A stretch of 64,000 bases of DNA from Oscillospiraceae bacterium (GCA_016298065.1 JAEDDN010000003.1:48281-112280), one strand, 5' to 3'; positions 10,032-21,215 are shown, counted from the stretch's first letter. Notes: generated by a model from the letters alone, not told the origin. Program-made: numbers and translations.

Positions 10032-11027
10032 ATGCAAGGGATAATTTTATTGTCAGTAGCAGTTATATCGTTTTTAATATCCGCCGTATCGGGAAAATTT
10101 CTTATTCCGTTTTTAAGAAGGCTTAAATTCGGTCAGACTATAAAGGAAATAGGCCCGACCTGGCACAAGAAAAAACAAGGCACCCCGACAATGGGCGGAA
10201 TAATGTTTATTTTGGCGACTGTACTTGCGACTGTAGCAGGATATTTTACCTATATATCGGTGACGGGCGAGGAAGTAAACTCGGTCGAAACAATAAGGCT
10301 GTTCGCAGGCTTATGCTTAGCTATACTATATGGCTTTATGGGCTTTGTAGACGACTATATCTCGGTAATAAAAAAGAGAAATTTAGGTCTTAAAGCAAGC
10401 CAAAAGCTTATAATCCAGGTGCTTATAGCGCTTGCATATTTGCTGGTTTTAAGATTATCAGGCGCAGTTTCCACCATAATAGACGTACCTTTTATATCAA
10501 CACAGTTTAATTTAGGAATACTTTACTATCCGATAATGGTGTTTGTAATAGTGGGTACTGCAAATGCAGTTAACCTTACCGACGGTATCGACGGTCTTGC
10601 AGGTTCTGTTACCTTTATTGTCTGTGTATCGTTTATTATGTTTGCCGCAAAGCTCGCACTAAGCTACACGGGCATTTTTGCAGCGGCAGCCGCAGCGGCT
10701 TTGCTCGGATTTTTGGTGTGGAACTTTTATCCCGCAAAGGTTATTATGGGCGACACGGGCTCTATGTTTTTGGGCGGAACAGTTGTAGCGTTTGCGTTTT
10801 TAATAGATATGCCTATAATAATTATCTTGGTAGGAATCATATACTTTATAGAAGCTTTATCGGTTATCTTACAGGTTATAAGCTTTAAAACCACGGGAAA
10901 ACGTATTTTTAAGATGAGCCCTATACATCATCATTTTGAGCTTTGCAACTGGAGCGAAATTAAAATCGTAACGGTATTTTCCATTGTAACGGCTTTGTTT
11001 TGTGTAATAAGCTATTTCGGCATATAA
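10032..11027 (+). CDS. mraY: Phospho-N-acetylmuramoyl-pentapeptide transferase
   Basis: 331 aa polytopic, NLTDGIDGLAG motif. Confidence 0.9.
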   Translation: MQGIILLSVAVISFLISAVSGKFLIPFLRRLKFGQTIKEIGPTWHKKKQGTPTMGGIMFILATVLATVAGYFTYISVTGEEVNSVETIRLFAGLCLAILYGFMGFVDDYISVIKKRNLGLKASQKLIIQVLIALAYLLVLRLSGAVSTIIDVPFISTQFNLGILYYPIMVFVIVGTANAVNLTDGIDGLAGSVTFIVCVSFIMFAAKLALSYTGIFAAAAAAALLGFLVWNFYPAKVIMGDTGSMFLGGTVVAFAFLIDMPIIIILVGIIYFIEALSVILQVISFKTTGKRIFKMSPIHHHFELCNWSEIKIVTVFSIVTALFCVISYFGI

Positions 11028-11066
11028 GAAAATTTTTATCCTTTTAAGTAAGTGAGGTGAGGCATT

Positions 11067-12284
11067 TTGCAAAACATAACCAGAATCGGTAAATTGGGTG
11101 CAAAGTCAGCAAAAAAACGCAAAACCGAAATCGAGGGCAAAAAGAGCGTTCAGTCGATGGATATGTCATTTTTGCTTTTGGTGTTTATACTTTTGGGCTT
11201 TGGGCTTTTGATGGTATTTTCCGCAAGCTACGCAAATGCCTTATACTATGAGGGCGACAGTCTTTATTTTATAAAAAGACAGGGCTTTTTTGCGGTAATA
11301 GGTATCATAGTTATGCTTGTCACCTCAAGGTTTGATTATAAAATTTATAAAAAGTATGCGCCGTTTATTTACGCCTTCGGAATACTGCTTCTTGTTTTGG
11401 TATTTGTACCCGGTATCAGTTACGCAAGAAACGGCGTGCACCGCTGGATTAACTTCGGGTTTGCGACCTTTCAGCCGTCAGAGTTTGCGAAATTTGCGAT
11501 TATAATAGTGTTTGCGTCAATTATAAGCGCAAACTCCGACAGAATGAAAAAGTTTAAATACGGAATGCTTCCGTTTGGAATAGTGCTTTTGCCTGTTTTC
11601 GGGCTTTTGGCGTTGGAGCCTCATCTATCGGGTCTTATACTCATAACCCTTATCGCAGTTATAATGATGTTTGTCGGCGGTACCAATTTAAAGCATTTTG
11701 CTGTAATCGGCGGAATAGGTGTAGGATTACTTATAATAATGCTCCTTGTAATGTCTGCAAAAAGCGGCGAAGCTTCCTTCCTTAAAGGCTATCAGCTAAG
11801 TCGTATTCAAAACTGGCTTAATCCCTTTGAAAACGAGGATTTACAAGGCGAGGTATGGCAGACCTGCCAGTCGCTTTTGGCAATAGGCTCAGGCGGATTT
11901 ATGGGCTTAGGCTTCGGCAACTCAAGAGAAAAATATCTCTACCTGCCCGAACCGCAAAACGACTTTATCTTTGCGATAGTCTGCGAAGAGTTAGGTCTTA
12001 TCGGAGCTTTGTTAGTTATAATTTTGTTTGGACTTTTGGTTTACAGAGGCTTTGCAATCGCAAATAAAGCGCCGAATAAATTTGCGGCTATGGTAGTAAT
12101 AGGCATAACCTTGCAAATAGGCTTGCAGACGCTTTTAAATATAGCGGTTGTTACAAACTCAATACCGAATACAGGTATTTCGCTTCCGTTTTTCAGCTAC
12201 GGAGGTACAGCACTTGTAATGCAGCTTTTTGAAATGGGCGTTGTGCTCAATATTTCCAGACATTCAAAAATAGATAAACCTTAA
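11067..12284 (+). CDS. ftsW: SEDS-family peptidoglycan glycosyltransferase FtsW/SpoVE
   Basis: 405 aa polytopic SEDS protein. TTG start after RBS GGTGAGG. A start at M31 is also possible. Confidence 0.85.
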   Translation: MQNITRIGKLGAKSAKKRKTEIEGKKSVQSMDMSFLLLVFILLGFGLLMVFSASYANALYYEGDSLYFIKRQGFFAVIGIIVMLVTSRFDYKIYKKYAPFIYAFGILLLVLVFVPGISYARNGVHRWINFGFATFQPSEFAKFAIIIVFASIISANSDRMKKFKYGMLPFGIVLLPVFGLLALEPHLSGLILITLIAVIMMFVGGTNLKHFAVIGGIGVGLLIIMLLVMSAKSGEASFLKGYQLSRIQNWLNPFENEDLQGEVWQTCQSLLAIGSGGFMGLGFGNSREKYLYLPEPQNDFIFAIVCEELGLIGALLVIILFGLLVYRGFAIANKAPNKFAAMVVIGITLQIGLQTLLNIAVVTNSIPNTGISLPFFSYGGTALVMQLFEMGVVLNISRHSKIDKP

Positions 12285-12319
12285 AGACAGGCAGGTGAGA
12301 GGGCTAAAAGCCTTTTTGT

Positions 12320-13429
12320 ATGAGAGTATTGTTAGCAGGCGGAGGCACGGCAGGGCACATAAACCCGGCTATTGCCATAGCGCAGTATATTAAAAATAAA
12401 CAGCCCGACTCGGTTATATTATTTGCAGGCACTCCTAAAGGTATGGAGGCAAGGCTTGTAAAAAACGCAGGCTTTGATTTTGCGCCCATAAAGGTAAGCG
12501 GTTTCAGACGAAGCTTGTCTGTTGCCAACATAGGTCACAACATAAATACGCTTTACAGAATGTTTACCTCGAGTTTTACCGCAAGAAAGATAGTAAAGGA
12601 CTTTAACCCCGATATAGTTATAGGTACAGGCGGTTATGTAAGCGGACCTATAGTTATGGCAGGCGTTAAGGCTAAAATAAAAACTGCGATACACGAACAA
12701 AACGCTTTTCCGGGTGTTACAAACAAATTGCTTGCCAAAAAAGTGGATAAGGTTTTGCTTGCTGTAGAGGAAGCAAAAGCTCTCTTTGACGAAAACGCAG
12801 ACTGTGTTGTAGTAGGCAATCCCGTTCGCCAAAGCGTAATAGAAAAAACTAAAGCCGAAGCAAGAAAACAGTTAAACCTTGACGAGAGAATGTGTATACT
12901 CTCCTTTGGCGGAAGCTTGGGAGCTAAGATAATAAACCGTATGGCAGCCGACCTTATAAAGTGGAATAAGGACGAAAAGATAAACCATATACACGGTTAC
13001 GGCAGACAAGGCAAGCAAATCTTTCCCGACTTTTTAAAGGAAAGAGGACTTGATATAAACAGTAATAAATCGGTGAGCGCAAGGGAATATATCGACGATA
13101 TGGATACCTGTCTTGCGGCGGCCGACCTTGTAATTTGCCGTGCAGGAGCAATAACTCTAAGCGAGCTTGAGGCAACAGGTAAAGCGTCGATTTTAGTACC
13201 GTCGCCGTATGTTGCGGAAAATCACCAGTATCATAACGCTATGGTGCTTGTAAATCACGGCGCAGCACTCATAATAGAAGAAGCAAAATACGATGAGGAC
13301 GAGTTTATCTCGATAATCGAAGACTTATATAGTAATCCCGATAAATTACACGAGCTTTCCAAAAACGCTTCAAAGCTCGGAATACTTGATACAACACAAA
13401 GAATATACGATATTATAAAGGCAATGTAG
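12320..13429 (+). CDS. murG: UDP-GlcNAc:lipid I N-acetylglucosaminyltransferase
   Basis: 369 aa, MRVLLAGGGTAGH N-terminus, GT28 motifs. Confidence 0.9.
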   Translation: MRVLLAGGGTAGHINPAIAIAQYIKNKQPDSVILFAGTPKGMEARLVKNAGFDFAPIKVSGFRRSLSVANIGHNINTLYRMFTSSFTARKIVKDFNPDIVIGTGGYVSGPIVMAGVKAKIKTAIHEQNAFPGVTNKLLAKKVDKVLLAVEEAKALFDENADCVVVGNPVRQSVIEKTKAEARKQLNLDERMCILSFGGSLGAKIINRMAADLIKWNKDEKINHIHGYGRQGKQIFPDFLKERGLDINSNKSVSAREYIDDMDTCLAAADLVICRAGAITLSELEATGKASILVPSPYVAENHQYHNAMVLVNHGAALIIEEAKYDEDEFISIIEDLYSNPDKLHELSKNASKLGILDTTQRIYDIIKAM

Positions 13430-13480
13430 CCGTTTCACATTTTCCCTTCGTTAAGCATAGGATAGCCTATACTTAATGGC

Positions 13481-14758
13481 TTGACGAAAGGGTGCAAGGT
13501 TATGAGTGATTTCGTTATAGAGGGAGGCACTAAGCTTTGCGGTGAAATTGATATTCAAGGCGCAAAAAACAGCTGTCTGCCTATTTTGGCGGCAACTCTT
13601 ATTGATAAAAATGTGAGCGTAATACATAATTGCCCTGATTTAACCGACGTGAATACAGCGGTAAAAATATTAGAGTATTTGGGCTGTGAGGTAATAAGGG
13701 AAAACCATACCGTTATAGTTGACGCAACCTGCGTTACGGCTTGCGATATTCCCGAACATTTGATGTGTGAAATGCGATGTTCTGTGGTCTTTTTAGGCGC
13801 AATTATCGCACGTTGCCATAAGGCGAGAATATCAATGCCGGGAGGTTGTGAATTAGGCCCCAGACCTATAGATTTACACTTAGACGGTCTTAAAAAGTTA
13901 GGAGTAACCATTAAAGACGAACACGGTTATCTTGACTGTAGAGTAGATAAAGGGCTTAAAGGTAATAAGATTTCTCTTGCGTTTCCAAGCGTAGGCGCAA
14001 CAGAAAACATAATGATAGCGAGTACGCTCGCTAAGGGCACTACCACAATATACAATGCGGCGCAAGAGCCGGAGATAGTTGATCTTGCAAACTTTTTAAA
14101 TAAAAAAGGCGCAAAAATTTACGGTGCAGGCGAGAATATTATAGTAATAGAGGGGACTAATACTTTAAGCGACAGCATACATAGCATTATCCCGGACAGA
14201 ATAGTTACGGCTACATATTTGTCCTCTGCGGCAATAACCGGCGGAGAGGTACTTTTAAAAAAGGTATGCCCTGACGATTTAAGCTCGGTAATACCGATTT
14301 TGGAGGAAGCAGGCTGCTTTGTAAAAGGGTATGACAGTAGCATATATTTAAAAGCTCCCGATATACTAAAGCCTGTGTCACTTATACGCACAATGCCGTA
14401 CCCGGGTTTTCCCACTGATGCACAAGCGCCGATAATGGCTTTACTTTGCGTGGCAAACGGTACCAGTATTTTTGTGGAAAACATATTTGAAAACCGCTAT
14501 AAGCATGTGTGTGAATTAAATAAAATGGGCGCAGATATAAAGCTCGAAGGCAAGGTGGCTGTAGTAAAGGGAGTAAGTGAGCTTTACGGTACAAGCGTTG
14601 CCGCTAAGGATTTAAGAGGCGGAGCATCACTTATAGTTGCAGCACTTAAAGCCAAGGGCATAACAAGACTTAAGGATATATATCATATCGACAGAGGCTA
14701 TGATAATATAGAAATTTATCTCTCGCAATTAAATGCAAAAATAATAAGGACAAAATAA
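13481..14758 (+). CDS. murA: UDP-N-acetylglucosamine 1-carboxyvinyltransferase
   Basis: 425 aa, GAKNSCLPILAA and active-site loop PGGCELGPRPIDLH. Alternative start at 13502. Confidence 0.9.
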   Translation: MTKGCKVMSDFVIEGGTKLCGEIDIQGAKNSCLPILAATLIDKNVSVIHNCPDLTDVNTAVKILEYLGCEVIRENHTVIVDATCVTACDIPEHLMCEMRCSVVFLGAIIARCHKARISMPGGCELGPRPIDLHLDGLKKLGVTIKDEHGYLDCRVDKGLKGNKISLAFPSVGATENIMIASTLAKGTTTIYNAAQEPEIVDLANFLNKKGAKIYGAGENIIVIEGTNTLSDSIHSIIPDRIVTATYLSSAAITGGEVLLKKVCPDDLSSVIPILEEAGCFVKGYDSSIYLKAPDILKPVSLIRTMPYPGFPTDAQAPIMALLCVANGTSIFVENIFENRYKHVCELNKMGADIKLEGKVAVVKGVSELYGTSVAAKDLRGGASLIVAALKAKGITRLKDIYHIDRGYDNIEIYLSQLNAKIIRTK

Positions 14759-14779
14759 TCTAAAAAAGGAGTGTTTTAA

Positions 14780-16042
14780 TTGGGCAGGAAGTTAAAAAAG
14801 AATAAGCCGTACAACAATAAAAAATCAAGCCCTAAGCCGCAAAAGGCAAAGACTCCTAATCAAAGACGCTTTGAAGAATTAAACAGACAGACAAACGGAA
14901 TTACCTCAAAGGAGCGCACCCGTTCCGAAGAAGAAATACGTATGTCTATTTGGGGTGAAAGCTCCACTGCAAAAAAGAGAAAACCAATCTCAAACGTAAC
15001 TCCCGTTTCGGAGGAACAGCTTAAAAAGAAGAAAAGAAAAAGTATTGATATAGATACCTCTCTGCCTGAAAACGTATACGAGAAAAAATCAAAGAGAGCG
15101 CAAAAAAAGCAAAAGGAAAAAGCTTATCGCCAAAACAGTAAAAAGCATAAAAAAAGGCGTAAAAAGAACTATATTTTATACTATCTTTTGCTTCTTATAA
15201 TAATAACGGTTGCAGGTATAACCCTGTCCGTAACGGTGTTCTTTAACATATCCTCCATAGAGGTAAACGGCACTCAAATGTATTCGGACGAACAGATTAT
15301 AGATTACGCAGATATAAGCGAGGGCGATAATCTTTTCAGGTTAAATCTTAAAAAGGCCGAGAATAATATTTTAGATAATTGCATTTATCTTGACGGAGTG
15401 GATATAAAAAGGCGTTTGCCCGACGTACTTAGCATAGAGTGTATTGAAGCCAATCCTCAAACTGCCATATATTATAAGAATAAATATTATATCGTAAGCT
15501 CAGGCGGACGCATTATTTTAGAATGTGATAACCTTGAGGCTTATCCGGATATATTTTTGATATATGACTTTGACTTAGCCGGGCTTAAAACAGGAGATTT
15601 TATAACTCAAAACAGCGATTATAAGACCTTTGAGGAGGTTTGGAAGACAGTAGAGACTGTAGGTATGGCTGATAACATAACGGTTTCTTATATAAATTCA
15701 GGCGTTGACGTAAAGCTTTGCTATCAAAACAGGATAATAATATCCTTAGGAAACGTTTTGGAGCTTGATTATAAGCTGTCGAGTGCTAAAAAAATCATCG
15801 ACGAAAGCATAGGCGCACAGGAAAGCGGAATCTTAGATGTCAGCAATATGGGCTCAGGCTCAGATAAGCTTTCTAACCGTGCTACGTTCAGAGCCCAGAT
15901 GATAAACCCTCACCCGACCGAAGAGGACTTAACCGACACGACATCTAATACCGATACGGGTGATAATACCGATGTAAGCGATACTGCCACGACAGACGGC
16001 ACTGCTACAGATGAAACTTCGCCTGATACCGCAAACGAATAG
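14780..16042 (+). CDS. ftsQ: Cell division protein FtsQ/DivIB-like (K-rich N-terminus, TM, POTRA, acidic T/D-rich tail)
   Basis: 420 aa. The POTRA-like segment follows a single TM. Last gene of the cluster. Confidence 0.7.
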   Translation: MGRKLKKNKPYNNKKSSPKPQKAKTPNQRRFEELNRQTNGITSKERTRSEEEIRMSIWGESSTAKKRKPISNVTPVSEEQLKKKKRKSIDIDTSLPENVYEKKSKRAQKKQKEKAYRQNSKKHKKRRKKNYILYYLLLLIIITVAGITLSVTVFFNISSIEVNGTQMYSDEQIIDYADISEGDNLFRLNLKKAENNILDNCIYLDGVDIKRRLPDVLSIECIEANPQTAIYYKNKYYIVSSGGRIILECDNLEAYPDIFLIYDFDLAGLKTGDFITQNSDYKTFEEVWKTVETVGMADNITVSYINSGVDVKLCYQNRIIISLGNVLELDYKLSSAKKIIDESIGAQESGILDVSNMGSGSDKLSNRATFRAQMINPHPTEEDLTDTTSNTDTGDNTDVSDTATTDGTATDETSPDTANE

Positions 16043-16084
16043 TGTACTACCGATATTTTTTAAACAACGGTTAATATATAAAAA

Positions 16085-16116
16085 GGAGCTTTTGCTTTAG
16101 CAAAAGCTCCTTTTTA
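16085..16116 (+). terminator. Intrinsic terminator ending the dcw operon
   Basis: GGAGCTTTTGC-TTTA-GCAAAAGCTCC followed by TTTTT. Confidence 0.85.
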
Positions 16117-16188
16117 TGTTACTGGCATTAAAAGCTGTGCTTTGGAATATCATTTATAAAGCGCAATTAACATAAGAGGTGTTGAAAA

Positions 16189-18804
16189 ATGGGTATTATG
16201 AGTATCTTGGAAAAGGATTTAACCGAAGTTAAACCGGAAAATAAAAAAAGCTTTCATAAAGGGCTTTCTTCAAAACAGGCTAAGCTAAATTTAGATAAAT
16301 ACGGTCCTAATATCCTTAAAGAAAAAAAGCAGGTACATCCTGTTAAAATTTTTGTAAATCAGTATAAGGATATTCTAACGCTTATTTTGCTTATCTCAAC
16401 GGCTGTATCTATATTTTTGGGAGAATGTGTAGAGGCTATAGCAATAGGCGTTATAGTTATGCTTAACGGCATAATGGGCTTTGTCCAGGAATATCGCACC
16501 GAAAAAACTCTCGAGGCGCTTAAAAAGATGTCCTCGCCTATGGCTAAGGTTTACAGAGACGGCAATATAGTCACGATAGACGCAAAGGAAGTGACAATAG
16601 ACGATATAATTATTATCGAAGCAGGCGACAGAATCTGCGCCGACGCAATTATAACCGAAAATTCGGGTATATGCGCCGAGGAGTCCGCCTTAACGGGTGA
16701 ATCCGACGCAGTAGAAAAAAGTGTGAGTAAAACTCACGCTTTGCAAAATACACTAAACCGCACCGATATGGTGTATATGGGAACGGTAATCACAAAAGGT
16801 CACGGTGAAGCTAAGGTTGTTGCAACAGGTATGCAAACTCAAATGGGCAAGATAGCCGATATGCTTCACGGCATTGAACAGGAAAAAACAAATCTTCAGA
16901 TAAAGCTTGCACAGCTCGGAAAATATATAGCTGTAGGCTGTCTTATAATATGTGCAGTTGTTACGCTATTAGGCGTAGTAAGAGGCGAAGCGCTTTTAGA
17001 TATGTTAATAGTCGGCGTATCTTTGGCTGTAGCAGCTGTTCCGGAGGGACTGCCTGCGATAGTTACTATTTCCTTGGCGCTTGCCGTAGGGCGAATGGTA
17101 AAGCAGAATGCGCTTATAAAAAAACTCCACGCAGTAGAAACCTTAGGTTGTACAGGGGTTATTTGCTCGGATAAAACAGGTACTCTTACTCAAAACAATA
17201 TGACCGTCGTTGAGCTTATAACGATAGAAAACGATATAAAGGTCACAAAATCCACTAAATTTAAATACGGCTCTTTGGAATATGCGGCGGCTACCTGTGC
17301 GGTTATATGCAATAATGCAAAGGAAAACCTAAGCGATAACACCTTCTTCGGCGAGCCTACCGAAACGGCGCTTTTGCAGTTCGGACATTCTGTAGGGGTA
17401 AGCAGTGAGAATATTTTGAGAGAGTATACCCGTTCGGGAGAAATCCCCTTTGACAGCAAACGAAAGTGTATGTCGGTAGTAGTATCAAACGCTTCGGGCG
17501 AAAGATATATGTTTACTAAGGGCGCTTACGACGTTATACTCGAAAAATGTACGGCGGTAAAAACCGTTGACGATCAGATACCGCTTACCAAAGTTTTAAA
17601 AAATAAAATAGCAGAGCAAAACGACCTTATGGCGTCTAAGGCTATGAGAGTATTGGGGCTTTGTTATAAAAAGCTTTCGCAAAACGGCGACGAATATGAG
17701 GGAAGACTTGTTTTTTTAGGACTTGTTGGTATGATAGATCCGCCCAGACCTGAGGTGAAAAAGGCGGTAAGAGAATGTAAAAAAGCCGGCATAAAAACGG
17801 TGATGATAACAGGCGACCACAAAATAACCGCAAAGGCAATCGCTTCACAAATCGGTATATACCGTGAAAACGACCTTATCCTCACGGGTAGCGAAATAGA
17901 CAGTATGCCCTTGGAGAAATTCGAGCAAATCGCCGATAAGGTCAGCGTTTTTGCAAGGGTAAGCCCAAAGCATAAGCTTATGGTGGTAAATGCGCTTCAA
18001 AAGAAGGGCAAAGTAGTTGCGATGACAGGCGACGGCGTAAACGACGCCCCTGCGGTAAAACAGGCGGATATAGGCGTTTCAATGGCAATAACGGGTACCG
18101 ATGTAACAAAGGAAGCCGCCGATATAGTTTTACTTGACGATAACTTTGCAACACTTGTTACCGCTGCCAAAGAGGGCAGAGCAATTTACAGCAATATAAG
18201 AAAGTTTATAAGGTATCTTTTGTCCTGCAATATCGGCGAGGTTATGACAATGTTTTTGGGTATGATTATGGGTATGCCGATAATACTTTTACCGATACAG
18301 ATACTTCTCATTAACCTTGTAACCGACGGACTTCCTGCCATAGCGTTAGGCTTGGAGCCTGCCGAAAGTGATATTATGAATAAAAAGCCCCGAAAAAAAG
18401 ACGAGGGTGTTTTTTCCGACGGCTTATTTTCAAAAATTTTAATAAGAGGTATTTTTATAGGGCTTAGCACTTTGGCTTCTTTTGTGGCTTTATATAATAT
18501 GAGCGGCAGCTTATTTATAGGCAGAACGGGTGCATATTTTACGCTGGTAGTAACCCAGCTTATAAATGTATTTGAATGTAAAAGCGAAAGTAAAACCATA
18601 TTCGGTATAAATATTTTAAGTAACAAAAAGCTTATAGCGGCGGCGTTAGTTTCGCTTGCGATACTTCTTACGTCAATATACTTTCCGCCGTTTCAGGCGA
18701 TTTTATTAACCGAAGCGCTGTCACTTCGCTTTATAGGAATAGCCTTGGGCTTTTGTATGGTACCGACGATAGTATCGACTATAACAGTTGCGATAAAATC
18801 GTAA
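16189..18804 (+). CDS. Calcium-translocating P-type ATPase (PMCA/SERCA-like, YloB-type)
   Basis: 871 aa, CSDKTGTLT phosphorylation motif, [13 protein letters not shown], ten predicted TM. Confidence 0.85.
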   Translation: MGIMSILEKDLTEVKPENKKSFHKGLSSKQAKLNLDKYGPNILKEKKQVHPVKIFVNQYKDILTLILLISTAVSIFLGECVEAIAIGVIVMLNGIMGFVQEYRTEKTLEALKKMSSPMAKVYRDGNIVTIDAKEVTIDDIIIIEAGDRICADAIITENSGICAEESALTGESDAVEKSVSKTHALQNTLNRTDMVYMGTVITKGHGEAKVVATGMQTQMGKIADMLHGIEQEKTNLQIKLAQLGKYIAVGCLIICAVVTLLGVVRGEALLDMLIVGVSLAVAAVPEGLPAIVTISLALAVGRMVKQNALIKKLHAVETLGCTGVICSDKTGTLTQNNMTVVELITIENDIKVTKSTKFKYGSLEYAAATCAVICNNAKENLSDNTFFGEPTETALLQFGHSVGVSSENILREYTRSGEIPFDSKRKCMSVVVSNASGERYMFTKGAYDVILEKCTAVKTVDDQIPLTKVLKNKIAEQNDLMASKAMRVLGLCYKKLSQNGDEYEGRLVFLGLVGMIDPPRPEVKKAVRECKKAGIKTVMITGDHKITAKAIASQIGIYRENDLILTGSEIDSMPLEKFEQIADKVSVFARVSPKHKLMVVNALQKKGKVVAMTGDGVNDAPAVKQADIGVSMAITGTDVTKEAADIVLLDDNFATLVTAAKEGRAIYSNIRKFIRYLLSCNIGEVMTMFLGMIMGMPIILLPIQILLINLVTDGLPAIALGLEPAESDIMNKKPRKKDEGVFSDGLFSKILIRGIFIGLSTLASFVALYNMSGSLFIGRTGAYFTLVVTQLINVFECKSESKTIFGINILSNKKLIAAALVSLAILLTSIYFPPFQAILLTEALSLRFIGIALGFCMVPTIVSTITVAIKS

Positions 18805-18811
18805 AAAATAA

Positions 18812-18840
18812 ACGGACTGATTTTTCAGTCCGTTTGTTTT
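18812..18840. terminator. Bidirectional terminator (AAACGGACTG-loop-CAGTCCGTTT plus T-run)
   Basis: Inverted repeat between convergent ATPase and HAD genes. Confidence 0.7.
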
Positions 18841-19481
18841 TATCCCAAAAGCTCTTTAACGGCGTCAAAAATCTCGGAGGGTTTAGTTACCGTCTTGTCA
18901 GCGTCTGCTACTTCACGGTCGTTAAAGCCGTATAAACAGCCGATAAAGGAGATAGAGTTACTTTCGGCGGCCTTTTTATCATATATTCTGTCGCCTACCA
19001 TAAGCGCCGATTTGGGTTTTACTTTTTCTAAAAGTGCGCCTAACGATTCGTTTTTTGTAAGCCCTTTTATAAGAGGCTGGATAAAATCGACATAATCTAT
19101 AAGCTTAAGTACGCTTAACACCATACGGATATATCGCTCGGAGGAATTTGAGCATACGCCAATAAGATAGCCGTTTTGCTTTAGCTTATTTAATGCTTCT
19201 TCACTGCCGTCAAAGGATTTGCCGTATTTTAAAATAAGCTCGTTTTCGTATTTTGCCACAAGCTCAAAAAACTTCTTTCTCGTTTCGGGTGAAGGATTGT
19301 CAAAAAATAATTTTATATAGTCGTCGGGGCGTGAGCCAAACTGACTTTTCAGAAATTCATCGGAAAGCTTTTTGCCTCCCGTTTCCTTTAATGCCATTTG
19401 CTGTGCCTTGACTGAATAAAGCTCGGTACGGTTTAGAGTACCGTCCAAATCAAATACCACAAGCTTTTTATCGGAATACAT
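18840..19481 (-). CDS. HAD-superfamily hydrolase/phosphatase
   Basis: 213 aa, VVFDLDGTL motif I and C-terminal GDRIYD motif. Confidence 0.75.
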   Translation of the reverse strand: MYSDKKLVVFDLDGTLNRTELYSVKAQQMALKETGGKKLSDEFLKSQFGSRPDDYIKLFFDNPSPETRKKFFELVAKYENELILKYGKSFDGSEEALNKLKQNGYLIGVCSNSSERYIRMVLSVLKLIDYVDFIQPLIKGLTKNESLGALLEKVKPKSALMVGDRIYDKKAAESNSISFIGCLYGFNDREVADADKTVTKPSEIFDAVKELLG

Positions 19482-19637
19482 ATTCTTACCTGCCTTTAAT
19501 AATGTTGCTAAAATAGTATATCATAAAATTACCCTCGTGACAAAAACTTTAGATTACATAAAATTTATCCGGTTGCTTTTATTTTAATAACCATATATAA
19601 TAAAAATAACTAATGGTTACGGAAAGGCGGACTCAGA

Positions 19638-20606
19638 ATGCAACAAAACGGTTTTAAAAGATCGTTATTCGGCGGTTTTAATCGCACAGAGGTACTCGAT
19701 CAATTCGAGCAGATGAGTAACAGCTACAACGAGGAAAATCAGAAAAATTTAAAAGATATAATTTCGCTTAAGGAAGAAAACGAGGCTTTAAAAAAAGCTA
19801 TAGATGAAAACGCTCAAATCGTGTCGCAAAAGCAAGAGCATATAGACAAATTACAGCAATTTGTAAGAAAACAGCATACCGATAACGATAAATTAAAACA
19901 GATGAATATTCAAAATCAGAGGGAATTAGACACACTGCGCTCAGAGCTTGACGATAAGTGTAAGAAGCTAAAGTCCTTTGAGGATAACGGATATTCTGCG
20001 CAAAAGCTTATAGAAGAAGCAAATGAGCGTGCCGATAAAATTTCTCAAGAGGCACTTAATAAATCGGGCGATATAATAAAAGAAGCCTCAGAACAAGCCG
20101 AAAACATAGTAAATGAAGCAAAGCTAAAGGCGGATAAAATACTAAAAGATGCCGCCACCTCTGCTAACGAAATTCAAGCGGGCGCAAACGATAAGGCAGG
20201 CAAGATTATAAGCGATGCTATGTCACAGGCGGATGCAGTGAAAGAAGCGGCCGACAAAAAGGCAAGCCTTATAGTTGAAAACGCCAAGGCAAAAGCTTAC
20301 GCAGAAAAGGTCAGCGACAATGCAGAAAAAGCTTCGGGAAATATCGCTGAGGAAACAAAAGTCGATAATACCCCAGAAGTTAAAATTCAAAGTGAAAGTG
20401 ATAATTTCTCAGGTGTATCAGAGGACTTTATAAAGAAAGTAAAAAGAGATAACGTAAAAACAAACCAAAGAATAGATAAGCTTGACGACAAGATTCAAAA
20501 GTTAAAGCATTCGGTAAAAAAGCTTTCAAAGGAAAAGGATAATGCCTCGAAATCGACCGAAGACTCCTATTTGAAGCTTTTGCGTGATGCGGCAAAAAAG
20601 CTTTAA
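19638..20606 (+). CDS. DivIVA-domain coiled-coil protein
   Basis: N-terminal FKRSLFGGFNRTEVLDQF matches the DivIVA N-domain pattern. The rest is K/E-rich coiled coil. Confidence 0.55.
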   Translation: MQQNGFKRSLFGGFNRTEVLDQFEQMSNSYNEENQKNLKDIISLKEENEALKKAIDENAQIVSQKQEHIDKLQQFVRKQHTDNDKLKQMNIQNQRELDTLRSELDDKCKKLKSFEDNGYSAQKLIEEANERADKISQEALNKSGDIIKEASEQAENIVNEAKLKADKILKDAATSANEIQAGANDKAGKIISDAMSQADAVKEAADKKASLIVENAKAKAYAEKVSDNAEKASGNIAEETKVDNTPEVKIQSESDNFSGVSEDFIKKVKRDNVKTNQRIDKLDDKIQKLKHSVKKLSKEKDNASKSTEDSYLKLLRDAAKKL

Positions 20607-20631
20607 TAAAACTTAAATTACATAAAACAAG

Positions 20632-21201
20632 GTGAATAAAATGGCAACTCATAAAATAGATGCGGTCAATTTAAAAAGCGCCGGTGAAACTTTAAAGACA
20701 TTTGACAGAGTGCTACTTTCGGGAACTATTTATACAGCCCGTGACGCAGCGCATAAAAAGATTATGGCGCTTATAGAAGAAAATAAGCCGCTTCCTTTTG
20801 AAATTAACGGTGCTACTATTTATTATGCAGGCCCTACCCCTACGCCCGAAAATATGGCGATAGGTTCTTGCGGTCCTACAACTTCGGGCAGAATGGACGT
20901 GTATGCGCCGAAGCTTCTTGATATGGGGCTTGCCGGAATGATAGGCAAGGGCGAGCGAAATAAAAACGTAGTGGAAGCGATAGTCCGCAACAAAGCAGTT
21001 TATCTTTGCGCAATAGGCGGAGCAGGTGCGCTTGCCTCAAAATGCATAAAATCCTGTGAGGTAATAGCCTTTGAGGAATTAGGGTGTGAGTCGGTAAAGA
21101 GACTTGTTATCGAGGATTTTCCGCTTATCGTAGCGGTAGACAGTACAGGCACAGATATATTTAAGGTAGGAAAAAGTACCTTTTTAAATTCACAAAAGTA
21201 G
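20632..21201 (+). CDS. Fe-S hydro-lyase beta subunit (class I fumarate hydratase / L(+)-tartrate dehydratase beta-type)
   Basis: 189 aa. TARDAAHKKI...GPTTSGRMD...GKGER...IGGAGAL motifs are typical of the FumA C-domain/TtdB family. No alpha subunit is adjacent. Confidence 0.7.
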   Translation: MNKMATHKIDAVNLKSAGETLKTFDRVLLSGTIYTARDAAHKKIMALIEENKPLPFEINGATIYYAGPTPTPENMAIGSCGPTTSGRMDVYAPKLLDMGLAGMIGKGERNKNVVEAIVRNKAVYLCAIGGAGALASKCIKSCEVIAFEELGCESVKRLVIEDFPLIVAVDSTGTDIFKVGKSTFLNSQK

Positions 21202-21215
21202 TTTAATAGTTTAGT

